Of a DNA stretch of 20,000 bases, positions 14,818 to 20,000 are shown in pieces. Location: IMG/VR virus record IMGVR_UViG_3300042451_000642. One strand, given 5' to 3'. Origin of the DNA: an uncultured virus (IMG/VR IMGVR_UViG_3300042451_000642). Taxonomy: Duplodnaviria > Heunggongvirae > Uroviricota > Caudoviricetes. Position 1 is the stretch's first letter. Every line of letters starts with the position of its first letter. A program made the translations under genes and the position numbers. The notes below the pieces were generated by a model, which saw only the letters and a list, made by a program, of their open reading frames with translations, did no database searches and was not told where the DNA came from.

Positions 14818-15256
14818 CTTCTTCCTTTTTATATTTTTTAACAAATTGGGATGGAGTACCACGAAACAATTCAGTTTTATTTCCGTCGTTCTCATAACAA
14901 ACAAACTCAATGGAGTAATCTTCTTTAACGATAACATCATAAAGATAATCTTCCCAAGAATTTCCACGACTTGACAAAGATTGTACATAGGTGTTTCCTG
15001 TTTCGCCACCTTTTAATTTCCAAATGAGTTGAGCAGCTAAGCAACCAGCGCCGTTGAATACTAATTTCTTTTCATTAGCACCATACCCATTAACGACTTT
15101 TCCTGTTGATAACCATTCAGCGGTTTCAAGTGGATGACCTGTTGGGTATCCGTCGTACTGACGATAGATTAAACAGATTTCATTCTGTTTTACTTTTTTT
15201 ACTTTTTTACCTGTTGAGTATTCCTCAATGATGCGGTAAGTTGAACGAGTTCCCAT
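14804..15256 (-). CDS. Conserved phage protein (MGTRS...YDGYP family)
   Basis: MGTRST, IYRQYDGYP, FNGAGCLAAQL, EDYLY; start revised to 15256, downstream of the promoter. Confidence 0.8.
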   Translation of the reverse strand: MGTRSTYRIIEEYSTGKKVKKVKQNEICLIYRQYDGYPTGHPLETAEWLSTGKVVNGYGANEKKLVFNGAGCLAAQLIWKLKGGETGNTYVQSLSSRGNSWEDYLYDVIVKEDYSIEFVCYENDGNKTELFRGTPSQFVKKYKKEEVEKA

Positions 15257-15289
15257 AATAAATTTTTTTTTGTGATTAATATTATGATA

Positions 15290-15320
15290 CAAAGATAATA
15301 CTTTTTTATTACCTGCCAAA
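15290..15320 (-). promoter_or_regulatory. Bacteroidota-type promoter
   Basis: TTTG-N19-TATCTTTG with AT-rich upstream tract. Confidence 0.75.
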
Positions 15321-15350
15321 TTTATTTTCAACTTTTTTAAAAAAATATTT

Positions 15351-15490
15351 GCCGGCGTCATGCATAATCCTAAACATTACTGGGGTGTAATACGGATCTG
15401 ATCGGCGCACGATCTGCAAAACTGGCTAAACATTACTGGGATGTACCCCAGTAAACTTTCGCCTCAGGCCTGTGCAGATACAGTGCACAG
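15351..15490. repeat. TTACTGGG cassette 1
   Basis: TTACTGGG at 15377 and 15433, CCCAGTAA at 15447; GC-rich palindromic spacers. Confidence 0.85.
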
Positions 15491-15491
15491 C

Positions 15492-15519
15492 AAAAAAAAT
15501 CCCCACCTTTCGGTGAGGA
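15492..15519 (-). terminator. Intrinsic terminator
   Basis: TCCTCACC-GAAA-GGTGGGGA plus T8. Confidence 0.85.
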
Positions 15520-15526
15520 CATTAAA

Positions 15527-16285
15527 TTAAAGTTGTATGACAAACTTATTCTTTGTTAACTTATTTCGAACTCGTTTATATTTTAGTCCGACAATTACAT
15601 TCTTTTTATCTTTATACCTCATATCGTATAAATCCCCATCGATTACTTTCCTATCCCAAAATGTTTTAGGTACTTTATTAAAAACAACCGCCACCCTTAC
15701 ATTCTTATTTAACATTGAGTGACACTCATTTAAATTGTGACCGCTATAAGAGAAAGTTAAATCGTAGTTCTTATATTTTTTAAGTAGTTCGATTCTTTTA
15801 GGAACCTTCGTATAATCGTAGAATTGAATATGTTGAAAGTATTGTAAAATATTAACGGGTTTATCATTTACATGAAGATAAAACGATTCGGGTGTTATAT
15901 CTGATGTGTTATTCAAACGAACTGAAAATTTATAACCTAACTTCTTAGCCTTCAATTCAGTTGCTTTAATTTCATCGAATAACCAACTGACAAAAAATTC
16001 TCTGTGTTCAAAAAACAATTTAGTTTTTGCAATTCGTGAACGATTAATTTTATCGTCCTCCATGTTCATCGTGTTCATCCCTGATTCATTCAAACATAAC
16101 TTTGTACATTCTTTTGTTCTCATAGGGCAAACCTCGTAACCGCTCATTTTTGCAGGAGCTAAGTACAAACTATATGTTAATTCATCGTACTTGAATGCCT
16201 TCTGATGTTTGGTTGTCATATTAACGGAGCCTAAATAAGATATCCCTGTTAATCTTTTTGCTTGAGCTTTAGTAGTGTAAATCAT
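15527..16285 (-). CDS. GP88-like (gene product 88) phage protein with CxxxxxxCxxxC cluster
   Basis: LYLAPA..SGYEVCP....CTKLCL, VRLNNTSDI, QFYDYTK, YDLTFSYS, IDGDLYDMR; start revised to 16285. Confidence 0.75.
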   Translation of the reverse strand: MIYTTKAQAKRLTGISYLGSVNMTTKHQKAFKYDELTYSLYLAPAKMSGYEVCPMRTKECTKLCLNESGMNTMNMEDDKINRSRIAKTKLFFEHREFFVSWLFDEIKATELKAKKLGYKFSVRLNNTSDITPESFYLHVNDKPVNILQYFQHIQFYDYTKVPKRIELLKKYKNYDLTFSYSGHNLNECHSMLNKNVRVAVVFNKVPKTFWDRKVIDGDLYDMRYKDKKNVIVGLKYKRVRNKLTKNKFVIQL

Positions 16286-16306
16286 TTGTTTATTTTTTAG
16301 TGTACA

Positions 16307-16338
16307 CAAATATACAACTAATACTTTTATATTCCAAA
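16307..16338 (-). promoter_or_regulatory. Bacteroidota-type promoter
   Basis: TTTG-N20-TATATTTG. Confidence 0.75.
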
Positions 16339-16360
16339 TTTATTTTTAAATATTTTTTTG

Positions 16361-16508
16361 AGTCAGCGCATGCGCGCAGCACTGGCCTAACTTTACTGGG
16401 GTAATACGACACAGATTTTGCATGCAGATTACAGGTGAATAATTACTGGGATGTACCCCAGTAAACTTGTGCGCTGGTCCGAGCTGCGTTTGCGCTGAGG
16501 GTAATACG
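16361..16508. repeat. TTACTGGG cassette 2
   Basis: TTACTGGG at 16393 and 16443, CCCAGTAA at 16457; core ATTACTGGGATGTACCCCAGTAAACTT identical to cassette 1. Confidence 0.85.
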
Positions 16509-16509
16509 C

Positions 16510-16539
16510 AAAAAAAAGGGTGAACATTTCTGTCCACCC
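16510..16539 (-). terminator. Intrinsic terminator
   Basis: GGGTGGACA-GAAA-TGTTCACCC plus T8. Confidence 0.85.
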
Positions 16540-16560
16540 AATCGTTCACACTAATAAACA

Positions 16561-16875
16561 CTAATCACTAATTCGTTTTTCTGTTCTAATACACTCAGCT
16601 TCCCACTGCTCACATAGAAGTAATACATCTTCCAACACATTCTCATTCAACTCCCAATAACTTTCTTCGTAGGTGTCGATAGCGTCAGAACTACTTGAAC
16701 GAGGTTCGTACACATTTACTTCGATATAATCTTCTGTGAAATATTCACCCAACCCAACATAGTTACCTAGTGTACCAACGAGAATACTATTCTCACCTTC
16801 TAATTCTCCAATACTAAAACATCCGTTGACTTTTAGTATGTCTGTAATACGATTAATGATTTCTGAATTTTCCAT
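16561..16875 (-). CDS. Acidic hypothetical protein
   Basis: 104-aa ORF. Confidence 0.75.
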   Translation of the reverse strand: MENSEIINRITDILKVNGCFSIGELEGENSILVGTLGNYVGLGEYFTEDYIEVNVYEPRSSSSDAIDTYEESYWELNENVLEDVLLLCEQWEAECIRTEKRISD

Positions 16876-16877
16876 TT

Positions 16878-17150
16878 TTAAATTGATTTAGTATTATCCC
16901 AAATTATATTACCTTCCTCGTCATACAACTCCTCCGTAGGTTCTCCACCATTTTCGTCAGGCATTATACGCTCAAGAGTTTCGTCAATATGTTCCCACGG
17001 CAGTTCAGTGGTTCCCATTTCTAAATGAAATCCAATTGCTAATTGTTTAGCCTCCTCCATTGAGTTAGCCTCGATTTCAAATTCGGTACGATACCAGGTC
17101 GTAACCTTTGTGTCCAAATGAAAGTTAAATGTTGTTAGGGTCTGTTCCAT
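16878..17150 (-). CDS. Acidic hypothetical protein
   Basis: 90-aa ORF with EFEIEANSMEEAKQLA, a pattern common in small phage proteins. Confidence 0.75.
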   Translation of the reverse strand: MEQTLTTFNFHLDTKVTTWYRTEFEIEANSMEEAKQLAIGFHLEMGTTELPWEHIDETLERIMPDENGGEPTEELYDEEGNIIWDNTKSI

Positions 17151-17250
17151 TTTCTATTGATTTTTTAATTGATATAATAAGTAATACAACCATTACCGAA
17201 AACAATACAATAACTCCGAATCCTAAAAGTAGACAATATAAGACATTCAT
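17125..17250 (-). CDS. Single-pass membrane micro-protein (41 aa, not in ORF track)
   Basis: MNVLYCLLLGFGVIVLFSVMVVLLIISIKKSIENGTDPNNI*. Confidence 0.55.
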   Translation of the reverse strand: MNVLYCLLLGFGVIVLFSVMVVLLIISIKKSIENGTDPNNI

Positions 17251-17261
17251 AGTTTTAATTT

Positions 17262-17459
17262 TTAAAGTTCACGAATATACATATAATCTTCTAATTCTTC
17301 CAAAGGAATTCTTCCGTTATTAGAACTATAATATCCTTGTCTTCGATATCGTTCTTTCCACTTGTCAAATGCCTCAAATGCTTTTTCCTTTGATGTGTAA
17401 TAAGGTCTATCGAATTCAATCGTAAACCCGTCGGGGGATAATACTTCGTACTTTGTCAT
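17262..17459 (-). CDS. Hypothetical protein
   Basis: 65-aa ORF; ATGA overlap with the upstream gene. Confidence 0.75.
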   Translation of the reverse strand: MTKYEVLSPDGFTIEFDRPYYTSKEKAFEAFDKWKERYRRQGYYSSNNGRIPLEELEDYMYIREL

Positions 17460-17806
17460 AGTCCTGCATTTTTAATGATACAATCTAATTTATATTCAAA
17501 TTCTTCCCTCATACCTTCAATGTCATATACCTTTCTATTTTCATCCACTTCATTATCTTCATTAATGTAAGGATGATAAAAAGCAACATCCACTTCAATT
17601 ACATTCGGTTTAAATTCCTTAACCATACTAATTGAATATTCGTGTTTAATTAAGGTATCTTGGTGTTGTGAACCACTATACCTATTTTGTCTATGTTGTT
17701 CCACAACTTGGTGTGAACCCATAGGTTTCCAACCATTTTTAATTAGGTTGTTAATTTTCTCCGTCAATCCTTCGGGGGATGAACTTGTTAATACTTTGTA
17801 CTCCAT
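17456..17806 (-). CDS. DUF1737-like N-terminal domain protein
   Basis: MEYKVLTSSSPEGLTEKINNLIKNGWKPMGS...YSISMVK; start revised to 17806. Confidence 0.65.
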   Translation of the reverse strand: MEYKVLTSSSPEGLTEKINNLIKNGWKPMGSHQVVEQHRQNRYSGSQHQDTLIKHEYSISMVKEFKPNVIEVDVAFYHPYINEDNEVDENRKVYDIEGMREEFEYKLDCIIKNAGL

Positions 17807-17828
17807 AATATTTTTGTTTAGTGTAAGA

Positions 17829-17860
17829 CAAAGATAAAACAATAATATTATTTTACCAAA
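17829..17860 (-). promoter_or_regulatory. Bacteroidota-type promoter
   Basis: TTTG-N20-TATCTTTG. Confidence 0.75.
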
Positions 17861-17881
17861 TTTATTTTGAAGAATTTTTTT

Positions 17882-18070
17882 TCAGCCCGATCATCCTAAA
17901 CATTACTGGGTTGAATTGTTAGCCAGCGCAAATTTCCTGATCAGCGCGCGCAAATCTGGCTAATGTTTACTGGGGTGTCCCAGTAATAATCACTTGCGCA
18001 CAATGCCTGGTCCATGAGTTATTTGTAATACCCCAGTAAACTTCATGATCAGCGCACAGTGTGACGGGTT
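17882..18070. repeat. TTACTGGG cassette 3
   Basis: TTACTGGG at 17903 and 17967, CCCAGTAA at 17979 and 18032. Confidence 0.85.
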
Positions 18071-18079
18071 CTTCTAAAC

Positions 18080-18111
18080 AAAAAACCCCCGAACCAAAAG
18101 TCCGAGGGTTT
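18080..18111 (-). terminator. Intrinsic terminator
   Basis: AACCCTCGGAC-TTTTG-GTTCGGGGGTT plus T run. Confidence 0.8.
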
Positions 18112-18137
18112 CACCAATCTAATCTTTAACCTTTGTC

Positions 18138-18416
18138 TTATCTTAGTCTTTCATCAACAACTAAGTTATAATATCCGTTTAAGAAATTAATTATTTCTGT
18201 AATACTTTCTTTTGACACTTTATGTTCTAATAACAATGATTCGATAAATCGTTTATTATCCGTCAAACCTAAACAATAAATAAAACCATTATCATCGTTT
18301 TTAGTATTAAAAAAAGTAAAATCAATTTCAATCGGTTTTAATTTAATTCTTACTTTCTGATAATTCTCAGAATCAATTTTCAAAGTTTTAGTTTTAATAA
18401 CTTTACTTGTGTCCAT
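18138..18416 (-). CDS. Hypothetical protein (very AT-rich)
   Basis: 92-aa ORF between the DUF932 gene and a terminator. Confidence 0.65.
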   Translation of the reverse strand: MDTSKVIKTKTLKIDSENYQKVRIKLKPIEIDFTFFNTKNDDNGFIYCLGLTDNKRFIESLLLEHKVSKESITEIINFLNGYYNLVVDERLR

Positions 18417-18443
18417 ACTTTTATTTTTTTAATTATTAATGTC

Positions 18444-19304
18444 TTACACTAAATGTACAAGTTCCTTAAAGATTTGTCTCTCACGATTTCCGTAAGTTCC
18501 GAACATCTTATTTTCAGAATTGTCACCTTTACCCATACTATGAGTTGTGTATTTTGTTACACCACTAAATAAACCCCAAATGTTATCACCCTTTTCGTTA
18601 ATCTCACCATTAAGGTCGACATAGAATCTACTTAATTTGTTTCGTGTTACGATATGTAACGAATCAACATCCTTAATATCAACATTCTTTTCGATATTGA
18701 ATAATGATTTGATTACTCTATCCTTGATAATATCATCGAAACGAGTTTCACTCATTTTAACGATAGAACCGAACACATTCTTTTCTTCTTGTACTACACC
18801 CTCAATTTGTCGACAGATATCTTCTATCTTTAATTCCATATTCTTTGTATGACGTACCTTTGAATCTAAATCCTTGTACACACCAAAGAATGTGTTTTGA
18901 CAACTGATAGTTTTAGAACTAGGTCCGAACGATAATGAAGTCGAACCATCAAAAGAATTAATCCCAGTAACATAACCCTCGATTCTATCCGTCCCCAAGG
19001 TTAAGTCGTTTGATTTTAATTGAACGAATACTTTTCGTCCACCACCGAACAAACCACCTCTGTGAACATCAAGTCCAGTTTGTTGTGATACTTTGAATAA
19101 TAGTTCCATCATTTGGTCATTCTGATATGGTACATAACCATTCGAGTGAATACCCAAGATTGTACTATCATCCTCACGAACGATACCAATTTTATCAGGG
19201 ATAATAATTCCTGACGAAGTTTGAAGTCCTTCGGTACGGACTTTCCAATTTAAACCAGTTCTATCCAAGAACTGATTAACCCGATTGTTTTCTACGATTT
19301 CCAT
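18444..19304 (-). CDS. DUF932/DUF945 phage/plasmid-like protein (TIGR03299-like)
   Basis: GLNWKV, VREDDSTILG...YVPYQN, GGLFGGGRKVFV, NSFDGS, SCQNT, RHT, WGLFSGVTKYTTH. Confidence 0.85.
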   Translation of the reverse strand: MEIVENNRVNQFLDRTGLNWKVRTEGLQTSSGIIIPDKIGIVREDDSTILGIHSNGYVPYQNDQMMELLFKVSQQTGLDVHRGGLFGGGRKVFVQLKSNDLTLGTDRIEGYVTGINSFDGSTSLSFGPSSKTISCQNTFFGVYKDLDSKVRHTKNMELKIEDICRQIEGVVQEEKNVFGSIVKMSETRFDDIIKDRVIKSLFNIEKNVDIKDVDSLHIVTRNKLSRFYVDLNGEINEKGDNIWGLFSGVTKYTTHSMGKGDNSENKMFGTYGNRERQIFKELVHLV

Positions 19305-19341
19305 CTGTTTAATTTTTATGGTTTAATAAATGATTGTATGA

Positions 19342-19373
19342 CAAAGATAAATCAATTTGGCATATAATCCAAA
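19342..19373 (-). promoter_or_regulatory. Bacteroidota-type promoter
   Basis: TTTG-N20-TATCTTTG. Confidence 0.75.
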
Positions 19374-19404
19374 TTTATTTTTAAGAAATATTAATTAATT
19401 TTTT

Positions 19405-19500
19405 CTCCTGATCCACCTGTGATCAGAGCTCCCAATATTACTGGGTAATACTTGATGATACCCCAGTAATTTTATGGGATGATCAGGGACGAGAAATCTG
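19405..19500. repeat. TTACTGGG cassette 4
   Basis: TTACTGGG at 19438, CCCAGTAA at 19462; flanked by TGATCA twice and GAGCTC. Confidence 0.8.
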
Positions 19501-19507
19501 TGGACAT

Positions 19508-19535
19508 AAAAAAACCCCCGACAGAATCGGAGGTC
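19508..19535 (-). terminator. Intrinsic terminator
   Basis: ACCTCCGA-TTCTG-TCGGGGGT plus T run. Confidence 0.8.
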
Positions 19536-19554
19536 TTTAATATAATAAGGGATT

Positions 19555-19878
19555 TTACTCCCCTAATAAATTTAGTACAAGGTGTTCGGAAGTTTCCTCC
19601 TCCCACACATCATCATTCCAATCCTCACCGACTTGTGTACAAGTCTTGTAGTCAAGGTAGACAATACCCATTTTAATTGTGACAATTCCTTCGGTTCTTT
19701 CGTTGATGGGAACCAACTCTTTTTCCACAAGGAATAAAAGTACGGTTTCGTAGACAAAAAATTGGTCGGTATTTTCCGACTCAACATATTCAACTTGACC
19801 TTGGAAGTCAAGGGAGAATTCGAATTCCATGTCAGAACTCAAAATCTTTTTAATCTCGGATAAGTATGTAGTATCCAT
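19555..19878 (-). CDS. Acidic hypothetical protein
   Basis: 107-aa ORF between a promoter and a terminator. Confidence 0.75.
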   Translation of the reverse strand: MDTTYLSEIKKILSSDMEFEFSLDFQGQVEYVESENTDQFFVYETVLLFLVEKELVPINERTEGIVTIKMGIVYLDYKTCTQVGEDWNDDVWEEETSEHLVLNLLGE

Positions 19879-19909
19879 AGTGTGTAGGTCTATTGGTTAG
19901 TAGACAATA

Positions 19910-19940
19910 CAAATATAAAAAAGAAATTCCGTTTTACAAT
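19910..19940 (-). promoter_or_regulatory. Bacteroidota-type promoter (imperfect -33)
   Basis: ATTG-N19-TATATTTG. Confidence 0.6.
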
Positions 19941-19969
19941 ACATTTATGAAAAATTATTTTACTTTTTT

Positions 19970-20000
19970 TCTGACCCTGGTAATCCAAATATATTACTGG
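19970..20000. repeat. Start of a probable fifth TTACTGGG cassette (truncated by window end)
   Basis: TTACTGG at 19994-20000, in the same position relative to a promoter as in cassettes 1-4. Confidence 0.6.

Noticed and set aside
16346..16561. 71-aa - strand ORF across cassette 2
   Set aside because: It crosses a strong terminator, and the equivalent cassettes show no conserved frame
15351..19500. CRISPR array interpretation of the TTACTGGG repeats or the 9.0-9.8 kb hairpins
   Set aside because: Repeat cores are too short or occur in mixed orientations, spacing is irregular, and no cas gene is visible
10210..19811. Overlapping ORFs 10210, 10400, 11821, 14155, 14792, 15537, 17129, 18637, 19479, 19572
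   Set aside because: Antisense or alternate-frame shadows of better-supported - strand genes
1..20000. Alternative genetic code (stop-codon reassignment as in some Bacteroidota phages)
   Set aside because: Genes are full length and tightly packed under the standard code; TAA, TAG and TGA all end genes

Overview
AT-rich window of densely packed, mostly hypothetical genes. It is most consistent with a large (jumbo-type) phage of a Bacteroidota host, because a dozen TTTG-N19/20-TAnnTTTG Bacteroidota-type promoters are visible; this is an inference, and no structural genes are present. The left arm (1-8963, + strand) holds small proteins sharing an N-terminal FKF(F/L)xG leader, a 3D-domain protein, a bPH membrane protein, three sulfotransferase-like genes, an LpxH-like phosphoesterase/GT2 pair and an HNH-type protein with five Cys repeats. 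An ~890-bp non-coding convergence zone (8964-9852) contains six related GAA/GAGA-loop hairpins, a parS-like palindrome, and a DnaA box overlapping an MraZ-like triple GTGG. The right arm (9853-20000, - strand) is made of short transcription units of early-type phage genes (DUF4241-, YubB/DUF1281-, GP88-, DUF1737- and DUF932-like). The strongest unexplained signal is the octamer TTACTGGG: about 25 exact copies from 9613 onward and none seen before. All in-gene copies share one polarity, and the intergenic copies form inverted arrays inside GC-rich, palindrome-dense cassettes placed between terminators and promoters. A 59-aa AP2-like DNA-binding ORF missed by the ORF track (10806-10985) is a candidate reader of this motif. 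All family names come from motif recognition by eye, not from database searches.
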